Positions 12,113 to 23,204 are shown, numbered from the whole stretch's first letter. The stretch is DNA of 62,991 nucleotides, filler included, from Octopus bimaculoides (GCF_001194135.2; 4 parts of 4 records of this genome joined end to end with filler, not necessarily neighbours in it); one strand, 5' to 3'. The notes: generated from the letters alone by a model not told the origin. A program made the numbers and translations.

Positions 12113-12565
12113 GATGATGACGATGATGATGACGATGATGATGACGATGATGATGACGATGATGATGACGATGATGATGACGATGATGATNNNNNNNNNN
12201 NNNNNNNNNNNNNNNNNNNNNNNNNNNNNNNNNNNNNNNNNNNNNNNNNNNNNNNNNNNNNNNNNNNNNNNNNNNNNNNNNNNNNNNNNNNNNNNNNNNN
12301 NNNNNNNNNNNNNNNNNNNNNNNNNNNNNNNNNNNNNNNNNNNNNNNNNNNNNNNNNNNNNNNNNNNNNNNNNNNNNNNNNNNNNNNNNNNNNNNNNNNN
12401 NNNNNNNNNNNNNNNNNNNNNNNNNNNNNNNNNNNNNNNNNNNNNNNNNNNNNNNNNNNNNNNNNNNNNNNNNNNNNNNNNNNNNNNNNNNNNNNNNNNN
12501 NNNNNNNNNNNNNNNNNNNNNNNNNNNNNNNNNNNNNNNNNNNNNNNNNNNNNNNNNNNNNNNNN

Positions 12566-12617
<52 letters not shown>

Positions 12618-12630
12618 TGATGATGATGAT
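11745..12630. repeat. (GAT)n/(GAC)n trinucleotide array spanning a gap
   Basis: Directly visible; source of the poly-M and poly-D ORFs. Confidence 0.95.
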
Positions 12631-12821
12631 GGTAATTGCTAAACTAAAAATCGTCTGCCTATAATAAAAAAAAAATTGGTTTAATTTGTATCCTAGAAAA
12701 AACAACAAAAATGGTAAACGTGCGAAAAAATTCAGTTTTATTTTTTCATTGAAAAAAAAAATGGTTAGATAACTGGCGAATTTTGCCGTTTACAGTATAT
12801 ATAAACTAACTTCTCCCAGAT

Positions 12822-13490
12822 CTAACCAAAATAATGAGAGTTTTCACAGCTTCGTCCGATGTAGATGTTCGTCTTGTTACTATTGATGTAGCTGTTGTTG
12901 AGTATATTGTTAATGGTCACGCTGTTTTTCGGTGAGGGAATTGTTCTTGAAGATGACTCCGTTTCTAAACATCCTTTTATACAGCCTGCATTTTTAGGGG
13001 TTTTTTCTTTTCCGGGGCCTGTTTTATCATTTTCTCCCCGCTGTGTAATGACTGGGGCTATTATGTAGAGGTCATATAACACCACAACAAGTGGAGTCAG
13101 TGTGAAGACAAATGCCCACAACAATGTGACGTGTATATAAAAGTCTGACATATCTGAAGAAACTACATAAATCCCGAGAACTTACTCCTGATGCAGGTCT
13201 TGAGACGTCTTTTGTAAGGATATTATTAATGATCACCGCCACAACACAACATTACATGGTCTTTTACGGAGCCACCGAACCCTAAGCAGGTCTTCTATTC
13301 ATATCGTTTCGTGATTCATTAGAGCATTCTGAATAGATGTCCCAGATTAGCAACACATATCTCGTGATGAGGATGCCGAACGTTAGAAGCAACGCGATGT
13401 ATAAGAACACTCTATCGCAAACGTTGTTAGTACACAAAATTGGTCTGTCTTGTGATATTCCAAATAAACGCGCAAATAAAGCAAATATAC
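12822..13490 (-). pseudogene. Candidate decayed or lineage-specific membrane-protein exon region
   Basis: Strong acceptor ttttctcaattatatttgcAG| at 13491; GIFALFARLFGISQDRPILCTNNVCDRVFLYIALLLTFGILITRYVLLIW..; second frame HVTLLWAFVFTLTPLVVVLYDLYII plus polar tail; stops between the two frames; no family recognised. Confidence 0.35.
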
Positions 13491-13549
13491 CTGCAAATAT
13501 AATTGAGAAAATAGGCACATAGTATATGCACGTATGTATGTATGTACGT

Positions 13550-13945
13550 ACGTATGTATGAATGTATGTGTGTATGTATGTATGTATGTCATTTTTCAGT
13601 TTTATTTCAAGATTTCTTGCCAATAGAGAAAGAGCCGCCTTCTAAGCTAGATCGAAGGTTCCTTCATTGGAATTTCAACAACATCTACAGGGTATTTTTG
13701 TATGTATGTATATGTGAAGATTTGTATGTTTTGTTTTATCATGCATAGAGTTGCATATCCAGACATGCTCATATATACTTAAATGATAAACTTCTGGAAA
13801 GTTTCACAGATTTTTACAATTCCAGTGATGGCTTCTTTCATCAGATTTCTCCTTTCTTTAAAAAGCATACTTTCTCAAGATTGGTATTTAGGCCGTGTGT
13901 TATATATTCCAGTACACCAATAATTACAGGTATAAATTTGAACTT
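13550..13945 (-). mobile_element. 5'-truncated RLE-type non-LTR retrotransposon with (CATA)n tail
   Basis: PDYKFKFIPVIIGVLEYITHGLNTNLEK..ITGIVKICETFQKFII*, then 3' UTR and (CATA)n; same family at 23205 and 62440. Confidence 0.75.
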
Positions 13946-14379
13946 GTAATCTGGCTAGAGTAATAGTAATGTATGTATCTATATGTGTGTATGTTTGTGT
14001 GAATGTATGTATGTTTGTATGGATGTATATTTGTATGTATGGTTGTATATATGTATTTATGTGTGTGTGTGTGTGTGTGTGTTTGTATATATGTGTGTAT
14101 GTATGTATGTATGTATGTGTGTGTGTATGTTATGTCCTGGAGTGGGGCATGACTATACTGCATCTAGTATTAGAGACCTGTTACAGGAATTCCAGGGTTT
14201 TAAGGAATGCGGAACCATAATTTAGCCATTATTGTTCCGGAGTAGCAGCACTTGTTACGGCCCCAGGCATGGGTTGGGATGAACGACAGGGGTTAAAGAC
14301 CCCCCTAGCTCTCATTAGAACTTTCTATATGATAAACTTGTGTATATATATATTTTTTTTTTCTCCGTATTTTTTTTCT

Positions 14380-14534
14380 CCGTGTTTTTCTCCTTGTCTC
14401 CGTATTCTTTCTGTTGAAGAGCGTAGCTCGAAACGTCAAAGACTTTCCGTATTCCCGAGCGTCATACTAATGCATCCTTTTGTTATTTACACCACCTGTC
14501 CTCGTCTGTTGTTGTTTTTTCGTATATTCTCCCA

Positions 14535-14545
<11 letters not shown>
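14380..14545 (+). mobile_element. Penelope-like pseudo-LTR fragment with hammerhead-like motif
   Basis: tcttt-CTGTTGA-a-gagc(gta)gctc-GAAAC-GTC-aaaga followed by gagcgtca; related copy at 50050-50200. Confidence 0.55.
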
Positions 14546-14592
<47 letters not shown>

Positions 14593-16101
14593 TAGATAAA
14601 AGTACAGTTGGTTTTCTGGTCGTCTCAACCTAGTCTCACCCCTCGTCTGAGAGCTGGTTGCGCTGAAAAGAGGGGTCCATAGCTATGCAACTCATTATCC
14701 CACTCAACACAAATTGACGCACAGGGACTTCTTGAACCTTTGGAACGTTTGCACCGACTTAGTCAGTTTACAAGTTGGCTTCAGACCATATATGTATGCA
14801 TGTTATTAGCGAGCTGATAGAATCGTTTGCAAGTTGGATAAAATATCCCCCCTCCTCACCACTCCTAGCCCCTCACAGCACATTTACCTACACATCCATT
14901 TCCTTCTGTTCCTAGACTCTTTTTTTTTTCTGTCTTTTCATAATCACTTTGTATCTTGATATAACATCTCTTGTCTTGGTGACTTCGTTAGTACCGGAAT
15001 CCCGAGGAAAAAGAAAAATTCCCACTACACACTGTAAAGTAGGCTGGCTGCATTAGGAAGGGCATCCGACCGTAGAAACCATGCCAAAGCAGACATTAGA
15101 AGGCCCGAAATTGATGGCCTTTTGCTGGAACCAATATTTAGATCTTTTATCTTTTACTTGTTTCAGTCATTTAACTNNNNNNNNNNNNNNNNNNNNNNNN
15201 NNNNNNNNNNNNNNNNNNNNNNNNNNNNNNNNNNNNNNNNNNNNNNNNNNNNNNNNNNNNNNNNNNNNNNNNNNNNNNNNNNNNNNNNNNNNNNNNNNNN
15301 NNNNNNNNNNNNNNNNNNNNNNNNNNNNNNNNNNNNNNNNNNNNNNNNNNNNNNNNNNNNNNNNNNNNNNNNNNNNNNNNNNNNNNNNNNNNNNNNNNNN
15401 NNNNNNNNNNNNNNNNNNNNNNNNNNNNNNNNNNNNNNNNNNNNNNNNNNNNNNNNNNNNNNNNNNNNNNNNNNNNNNNNNNNNNNNNNNNNNNNNNNNN
15501 NNNNNNNNNNNNNNNNNNNNNNNNNNNNNNNNNNNNNNNNNNNNNNNNNNNNNNNNNNNNNNNNNNNNNNNNNNNNNNNNNNNNNNNNNNNNNNNNNNNN
15601 NNNNNNNNNNNNNNNNNNNNNNNNNNNNNNNNNNNNNNNNNNNNNNNNNNNNNNNNNNNNNNNNNNNNNNNNNNNNNNNNNNNNNNNNNNNNNNNNNNNN
15701 NNNNNNNNNNNNNNNNNNNNNNNNNNNNNNNNNNNNNNNNNNNNNNNNNNNNNNNNNNNNNNNNNNNNNNNNNNNNNNNNNNNNNNNNNNNNNNNNNNNN
15801 NNNNNNNNNNNNNNNNNNNNNNNNNNNNNNNNNNNNNNNNNNNNNNNNNNNNNNNNNNNNNNNNNNNNNNNNNNNNNNNNNNNNNNNNNNNNNNNNNNNN
15901 NNNNNNNNNNNNNNNNNNNNNNNNNNNNNNNNNNNNNNNNNNNNNNNNNNNNNNNNNNNNNNNNNNNNNNNNNNNNNNNNNNNNNNNNNNNNNNNNNNNN
16001 NNNNNNNNNNNNNNNNNNNNNNNNNNNNNNNNNNNNNNNNNNNNNNNNNNNNNNNNNNNNNNNNNNNNNNNNNNNNNNNNNNNNNNNNNNNNNNNNNNNN
16101 N

Positions 16102-16220
16102 NCGTTAAGGGTACACGTGTCTGTGGAGTGCTCAGCCACTTGCACGTTAATTTCACGAGCAGGCTGTTCCGTTGATCGGATCAACTGGAACCCTCGACGT
16201 CGTAAGCGACGGAGTGCCAC
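16102..16220 (+). mobile_element. SINE family C 3' tail
   Basis: cgttaagggtacacgtgtctgtggagtgctcagccacttgcacg..ggatcaactggaaccctcg. Confidence 0.8.
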
Positions 16221-16239
16221 CCCCATATATATATATACA

Positions 16240-16400
16240 ACGGAGTTCTTACAGTTTCCATGTACCTCATTCATTCACAAGGCTTTGGTCTGCCCGAGAC
16301 TATAGTAGAACACACTTCCCCATAGTGCCGCGCAGTAGGACTGAACCCGGAGCCATGTGGTTAGGAAGCAAGCTTCTTACCACCTAGCAACGCCTCGCCT
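16240..16400 (-). mobile_element. SINE family B head
   Basis: ggactgaacccggagccatgtggttaggaagcaagcttcttacc matches the family B tRNA head. Confidence 0.75.
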
Positions 16401-16669
16401 TATTTATTCTAGTATTTTCTTTCTTTTCGTTCAGAAATCAACTTTGTTTTTTATCCTTCAAGTTTCGACAGCAATGGATGTGTGTATTAGGAACCCAGTG
16501 GATGGGTGGGGCTACTGTAGTACTAGATGTTACAAGCCAGAACCTTTTCCGTGAGCTAAAACGAAGGGAAGCACTTTTCCCGGCACACCCACCCTTATTC
16601 ACTTCCATCACTGGGTGTCGAGACACCCACTTACATGTATCTTACTAGCTATCTCGGTGTGTGTGTGTG

Positions 16670-17325
16670 TATGTATGTACGCACATTTTCATTTTATCTA
16701 GTTTCACCTCATGAGCTGTGGCCATGCAGGGGCACCGCCATTAAAGAACATATATATTTTTATTTCTAATCTAGACACAAGGACCGAAATTTTGGGGGTG
16801 GGGGGGCCAGTCGATTAGATCAACCCCAGTACGCAACTGGTACTTAATTTATCGACCCCGAAAGAATGAAAGGCAAAGTCGACCTCGACGGAATTTGAAC
16901 TCAGAACGTAACGGCAGACGAAATACCGCTAAGCATTTCGCCCGGCGTGCTAACGTTTCGGCCAGCACANNNNNNNNNNNNNNNNNNNNNNNNNNNNNNN
17001 NNNNNNNNNNNNNNNTATGTATGTACGCACATTTTCATTTTATCTAGTTTCACCTCATGAGCTGTGGCCATGCAGGGGCACCGCCATTAAAGAACATATA
17101 TATTTTTATTTCTAATCTAGACACAAGGACCGAAATTTTGGGGGTGGGGGGGCCAGTCGATTAGATCAACCCCAGTACGCAACTGGTACTTAATTTATCG
17201 ACCCCGAAAGAATGAAAGGCAAAGTCGACCTCGACGGAATTTGAACTCAGAACGTAACGGCAGACGAAATACCGCTAAGCATTTCGCCCGGCGTGCTAAC
17301 GTTTCGGCCAGCACACCGCCTTCGT
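16670..17325. other. About 300-bp direct duplication on both sides of a 46-N gap, each copy containing a family A SINE; probable assembly artefact
   Basis: 16670-16968 and 17016-17314 read as identical. Confidence 0.8.
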
Positions 17326-17361
17326 TTCCGCCAACTCGCCGCCTTATGTACGTACATAGAT

Positions 17362-17685
17362 GTGAAGATACATGGCATAGTGGTTAAGGTATTCGTCTCA
17401 CGATCGTAAGATCGTGAGTTCGATTCACGGCGACGCGCTGTGTCCTTGAGCAAGAGACTGTTTTACGTCGCACCCGTCTACTCAGCTGACAAAATATGAG
17501 AAGTACTGTGATTCAAAAGGGCCAGCCTTGTCACCTTTTGTGTCACGCAGAGTCTCCTTGAGGACTACGTTAAGGGTACGCGTGTCTGTGGAGTACTCAG
17601 CCACTTAGGTGTTAATTTCACGAGCAGACTGTTCCGTTGATCGGATCAGCTGGAACACTCGTCGTCATAACCGACTGAGCGTAAG
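17362..17685 (+). mobile_element. SINE family C, near full length
   Basis: A box TGGCATAGTGG (17373), B box GAGTTCGATTC (17416), gtgtccttgagcaag, family C tail. Confidence 0.85.
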
Positions 17686-17754
17686 AAATTAAGTATCGAT
17701 TTGTACCCCTCCCCTCAAAACAGCTGTTCTGGCACTTAAGTTACAGTTGCCTAA

Positions 17755-17975
17755 ACGGGCTGGTAGTCTGGCAGAATTGTTAACGTTTTTTGTTTAAAAA
17801 TACCTTCCAATAATTGTTTTGGCTTTTTACGTTCTGGGTTCAAGTCGCACCGATGTCACTTGGCTTTTCATACCCATCCAGGGACGACAAGTACAGTACC
17901 AATCAAGTATTGGTGTCGATTTAATCAAGTTAATCCTTTCCTCAGGTGTCAGGTCTTTGTCCCTAAATTACAAAG
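17755..17975 (+). mobile_element. SINE family A, diverged
   Basis: ctggcagaattgttaacg..ctgggttcaagtcgcaccgatg..agtaccaatcaagtattggtgtcgattt. Confidence 0.7.
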
Positions 17976-17999
17976 CAATTATTTTATCCTTTATCTGTT

Positions 18000-18370
18000 T
18001 CAATCATTAGACTGCGGCCAAACTGGGACACCATCTTGAACAAATCGATCCCAGTGTTTTTATCAAGCCCGGTATTGCTTCCGTAAGAGCCCTGTATGAA
18101 TTCTATTTTTACTGAATCGTTAAGTTACGAGGACGTAAATAAACTAACACCGGTAGTCAAGCTGTAGGTAGTGGTGGAACAAAGACAACAAACATATACA
18201 CACACACACCACGCACACATGCACACACACGATAAGTTTCCACAGATCCCGTCTCCCAAATCCACTCCCAGAACAATGGTCAGCCAGAGACTATTGCCGC
18301 AGGGTGAGATTGAACCCAGTAGTCATGTGGCTGCAAAGCGAACTTCTTATCCAGCCAACCATGTATGCCT
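18000..18370 (-). mobile_element. SINE family B, diverged
   Basis: tcattagactgcggcc..aagttacgaggacgtaaat..gattgaacccag. Confidence 0.7.
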
Positions 18371-18439
18371 GCTCCTAGGTGCAGAGAGGTAATTTTGGGA
18401 GCTGCTGTACTACCTGGAACATAAAACCTTTTCCGGCTA

Positions 18440-18800
18440 TAAAATAACAATACTACAATTACCTGACTTTTAAAAATTGGTTCGATCTACAGCAAAGTAA
18501 AACCACAAATTCTTTAAAGGTGCGAAAATGTTTATTTTTGTGGAGAAGAAAAATTCATGAATTGAATGTTCAATCCCGGTTTCAACGAATTCAAATCCAT
18601 CAAAATTTTCTCGATTCAGTTAATACAGGAGATACAGCGTATGACCACTGGTCCGTGAAATAGTTCTTTGTTTCCTTCGTTGTTTCTTTCGTTCATTTTT
18701 CTTTAGTCACATTAATATTCGCTAATTACGATGTTAATTGCCGTCATATTATAAACTCCACGGAAATGTCCAACATGCCTGAGGGTTGTTAAGCAAACGT
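18440..18800. repeat. Old dispersed repeat, copy of 1600-1950
   Basis: Collinear blocks shared with 1600-1950. Confidence 0.55.
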
Positions 18801-19316
18801 GGTTTTTACCTTGTCAAATTCTCAACACTCCTAATAATATATTGGGGCTAAGAAGGGCCATGATATGACAAAGATATTAAAGAGATGTACCCCGAAGATC
18901 CGAAGATTTAATAAGATTCAGTTGTGTCGTTCCGGGTTCAAATCACAACAGGAATAACACCGCGTTTTCTCGTTTCAAAAATATTAGACAATATATACGA
19001 ACATGTCTTCGCAAAAACAAAAACAAAATAACGGTGGCGTTTTTNNNNNNNNNNNNNNNNNNNNNNNNNNNNNNNNNNNNNNNNNNNNNNNNNNNNNNNN
19101 NNNNNNNNNNNNNNNNNNNNNNNNNNNNNNNNNNNNNNNNNNNNATATATATATATATATGTATTTATATATATATATTGTGAGATGGATGAGAGCGCGA
19201 GAGAACGAGCGAGAGAGAGAGGTGGGGGGAGACACAGAGAAAGAAAGAGAGAAAGAGAAAAAAACTGTGTCCAGACTCTTTTATCTGCGAAAACTAATGC
19301 AAAAACATATGAATCA

Positions 19317-19407
19317 GGTATTATTGGTCGCCGTGTGAATAGCTGATGCCGAGCGATTATATCATCGGATTGGCATTCGTATTCACACCTAGCTCGATCA
19401 TAATATC
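19317..19407. ncRNA. Candidate microRNA-like hairpin
   Basis: Nested stems GGTATTA/TAATATC, TGGTCG/CGATCA, GTGTGAATA/TATTCACAC, ATGCC/GGCAT and CGAT/ATCG around a 6-nt loop, in sequence not repeated elsewhere in the window. Confidence 0.4.
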
Positions 19408-19509
19408 GATTTATCTGTTTATTGATTTCGCTTGAGATTCTATTAAGGTTTGACAGAGTGACGAGTGACTCGGATTTTATTTGCTATGATAACAGTTGTT
19501 GTGGTGTTA

Positions 19510-19512
19510 GTG

Positions 19513-19550
<38 letters not shown>

Positions 19551-19897
19551 TGTTGTTGCTGTTTGTGTTGTTGTTGTTGCTGTTGTTGCCTTCTAGGAAA
19601 GCTGCTCTGGCTTTTGCATTCAGTTATTGTAATAGTCGCCATGTTGTTTTGCTAGTCGTCGTAGCTGTCGTGGTAGAGCTCGCAGTTGTAGTCGTCGTCG
19701 TCGTCGTCGTCGTCATCATGATGATGATGATGATCATCATCATCATCATCATCTTCACCGTTACAATCTGCACCAAACCGCCGCTACCACCACCACCACC
19801 ACCACCACCACCACCATCACTGCCACCACCACCTTTTCCGTCTCCTTATCTCCCTCATTCTTCTTCACCACCACCACCATTGTCATGAACATCACAG

Positions 19898-19931
<34 letters not shown>
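19510..19931. repeat. Mosaic trinucleotide repeats (TAG, TGT, GTC, GAT, CAT, CAC)
   Basis: Directly visible. Confidence 0.95.
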
Positions 19932-20706
19932 NNNNNNNNNNNNNNNNNNNNNNNNNNNNNNNNNNNNNNNNNNNNNNNNNNNNNNNNNNNNNNNNNNNNN
20001 NNNNNNNNNNNNNNNNNNNNNNNNNNNNNNNNNNNNNNNNNNNNNNNNNNNNNNNNNNNNNNNNNNNNNNNNNNNNNNNNNNNNNNNNNNNNNNNNNNNN
20101 NNNNNNNNNNNNNNNNNNNNNNNNNNNNNNNNNNNNNNNNNNNNNNNNNNNNNNNNNNNNNNNNNNNNNNNNNNNNNNNNNNNNNNNNNNNNNNNNNNNN
20201 NNNNNNNNNNNNNNNNNNNNNNNNNNNNNNNNNNNNNNNNNNNNNNNNNNNNNNNNNNNNNNNNNNNNNNNNNNNNNNNNNNNNNNNNNNNNNNNNNNNN
20301 NNNNNNNNNNNNNNNNNNNNNNNNNNNNNNNNNNNNNNNNNNNNNNNNNNNNNNNNNNNNNNNNNNNNNNNNNNNNNNNNNNNNNNNNNNNNNNNNNNNN
20401 NNNNNNNNNNNNNNNNNNNNNNNNNNNNNNNNNNNNNNNNNNNNNNNNNNNNNNNNNNNNNNNNNNNNNNNNNNNNNNNNNNNNNNNNNNNNNNNNNNNN
20501 NNNNNNNNNNNNNNNNNNNNNNNNNNNNNNNNNNNNNNNNNNNNNNNNNNNNNNNNNNNNNNNNNNNNNNNNNNNNNNNNNNNNNNNNNNNNNNNNNNNN
20601 NNNNNNNNNNNNNNNNNNNNNNNNNNNNNNNNNNNNNNNNNNNNNNNNNNNNNNNNNNNNNNNNNNNNNNNNNNNNNNNNNNNNNNNNNNNNNNNNNNNN
20701 NNNNNN

Positions 20707-20791
20707 AAGAAAAAGAAGAAGAAGAAGAAGAAGAAGAAGAAGAAGAAAAGGAAAAAGAAGAAGAGAAAAGAAGAGAAGAAGAAGAAGATAA

Positions 20792-20858
<67 letters not shown>

Positions 20859-21283
20859 AAGAAGAAGAAGAAGAAGAAAAGGAAGAAAAAAGAGGTGAAA
20901 AAGAAAATGATGATGATAGAGAAGAAGAAGAAGAAGAAGAAGAAGAAGAAGAAGAAGAAGAAGAAGAAGAAGAAGAAGAAGAAGAAAAAGGAGGGGAAGA
21001 AGAAGATGATGATGATAGAGAAGAAGGAGGTGAAATAGAATAAGAAAAAGGAGAAAAGGAAAAAGAAGAAGAAATAAAATAAAAAATAAACAAGACACCA
21101 CAATATGGATACAAAACTGCAAGTATGCGTTACTCGGTTGCATATTGAGAAAACGCGCATATACACACACATGCAGAAAGAGAGGGAAAGAGAGAGAGAG
21201 AGAAAATGAAAGATAGAGAAGGGGGAGAGAGAAGGGGGAGAGAGAAGGGGGAGAGAGAAGGGGGAGAGAGAAGGGGGAGAGAG
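20707..21283. repeat. (GAA)n/(TAA)n arrays and a 12-bp ggggagagagaa repeat
   Basis: Directly visible. Confidence 0.95.
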
Positions 21284-21756
21284 NNNNNNNNNNNNNNNNN
21301 NNNNNNNNNNNNNNNNNNNNNNNNNNNNNNNNNNNNNNNNNNNNNNNNNNNNNNNNNNNNNNNNNNNNNNNNNNNNNNNNNNNNNNNNNNNNNNNNNNNN
21401 NNNNNNNNNNNNNNNNNNNNNNNNNNNNNNNNNNNNNNNNNNNNNNNNNNNNNNNNNNNNNNNNNNNNNNNNNNNNNNNNNNNNNNNNNNNNNNNNNNNN
21501 NNNNNNNNNNNNNNNNNNNNNNNNNNNNNNNNNNNNNNNNNNNNNNNNNNNNNNNNNNNNNNNNNNNNNNNNNNNNNNNNNNNNNNNNNNNNNNNNNNNN
21601 NNNNNNNNNNNNNNNNNNNNNNNNNNNNNNNNNNNNNNNNNNNNNNNNNNNNNNNNNNNNNNNNNNNNNNNNNNNNNNNNNNNNNNNNNNNNNNNNNNNN
21701 NNNNNNNNNNNNNNNNNNNNNNNNNNNNNNNNNNNNNNNNNNNNNNAGAAAGAAAT

Positions 21757-21789
<33 letters not shown>

Positions 21790-21804
21790 CAGAGAGAGAG
21801 AGAC

Positions 21805-21849
<45 letters not shown>

Positions 21850-22229
21850 TAATAGAAATCTAAAAATTGGCGGGAATGACATTGCATGACACAGACGACT
21901 CACTTTCGACGCCAGAAAGAAAAAAACAGAAACTCCGCCATGTTGGTATCAGTATGAAATACTGATTGGGCGAAGATGTAATTATAATTGTAATTGTTAT
22001 TGCTGTTGTTGTGGTTGCTGTTGGTCATGTGTTTATTATTGTTGTTGTTGTTGTCGTTGTTGTTGCTGCTGTTGTTGTTGTTGTTGTTGTTGTTTTACTA
22101 GATCCACTGAAGCAAATATGGCCGTCAACAACGGCGTTTGACGTTGAGTAAAGATAACGTATCAGTGATTCAGTAAAAAAATGCATGTTTTGTGTTGACA
22201 AGATCGACTGCAGTTTTTTTATGTTTTGC

Positions 22230-22370
22230 TTTTTAAGTCTATCACTTATTCCGAGGACTTAAACAAACCAACACCGGTTGCCAAGTGATGCTGGGAGTGA
22301 AACACAAACACAGAAGCAGACACACATCTATCTATCTATCTATCTATCTATCTGTCTGTCTGTGTGTATG

Positions 22371-22422
<52 letters not shown>

Positions 22423-22695
22423 CGTGTGTGTGTGTGTGTGTATATATATGTAAACACACACATACACATACATACGTACATGTATACTCTCACACACACG
22501 TATACACACACACATACACACATACACATACACGACGGTTTTTCAGTTTCCATAAATCGAATCATGAACAAGGTATTGGGCGTCCCGGGGCTATAGTAGA
22601 AAAAAAATTTGTCCGAGGTGCCGCGCAATGGGACTGAACCCGAGACCTTGTGATTGCTAAGCGAGCTTCTTAATTACAGAGCCATACCAGCACCC
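22230..22695 (-). mobile_element. SINE family B with expanded internal microsatellite
   Basis: acaccggttgccaagtgatgct..cgacggtttttcagtttcc..gggactgaacccgag. Confidence 0.75.
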
Positions 22696-23204
22696 ATATA
22701 GTTAATTGGTTAAAATGTTGATTTCCTTTGCTTCTGTTTCCTCACCGATCGTCTGGTGTGTGATGGTGGGTGAGATATCGACAAAAATCAATAAGACTAT
22801 CTCTATGGAGATCGATAAAACTATCTCTATGGAGATCGACACGCTGTCCACTACAACCTTTCCTCGCATTCTGTGACCTTGAATGCATGTCAGATATTCG
22901 ATGTGATTGATTTCTTGGGGAAAGAGAAAATCTAAAGAGCCGTTCACTCCTCATGTGGTACTACATGTAGGAGTGTGATGCCACGGTTGGGAAGTTCGCT
23001 GAGCAGTTCGTCACGTGGTTTGAGGCCTCGATACCGGTATAGGCGACTTCGGTTTGAGATTCGGGTTTGACTAAGCTTTGGTGATTGCAATTTAGTTGAT
23101 GGAAACTGCATGGGAAACGGTCGTATGCCTTTGTATGTATCTCTGTATGTGCGCATGTGCGCGTGTGCATAATACATACAGACATAAATGTATGTCTGTA
23201 TGTA

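Noticed and set aside
11744-12664. Poly-Met or poly-Asp protein resembling an acidic biomineral protein
   Set aside because: Pure (GAT)n/(GAC)n array continuing a SINE tail, with frame shifts between repeat phases
16455-16554. Peptide VCIRNPVDGWGYCSTRC reminiscent of a kringle motif
   Set aside because: Too short, cysteine spacing is wrong, it ends in a stop and no partner exons are evident
16612-16650. Hairpin tgggtgtc-ga-gacaccca followed by CTAG, like a Helitron 3' end
   Set aside because: CTAG is followed by C rather than T, and no 5' end or second copy was found
17362-17435. tRNA gene calls for the SINE heads (also 51890-51963 and 29435-29498)
   Set aside because: A and B boxes are present but the acceptor stems do not close, and each continues into a SINE or Penelope body
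22101-22146. Possible 46-nt exon DPLKQIWPSTTAFDV
   Set aside because: Weak donor, acceptor embedded in a (GTT)n repeat, and phase incompatible with the next candidate
22795-22840. 21-bp tandem duplication (actatctctatggagatcga) in unassigned sequence
   Set aside because: Only two units; the surrounding frames give no recognisable gag or pol motif
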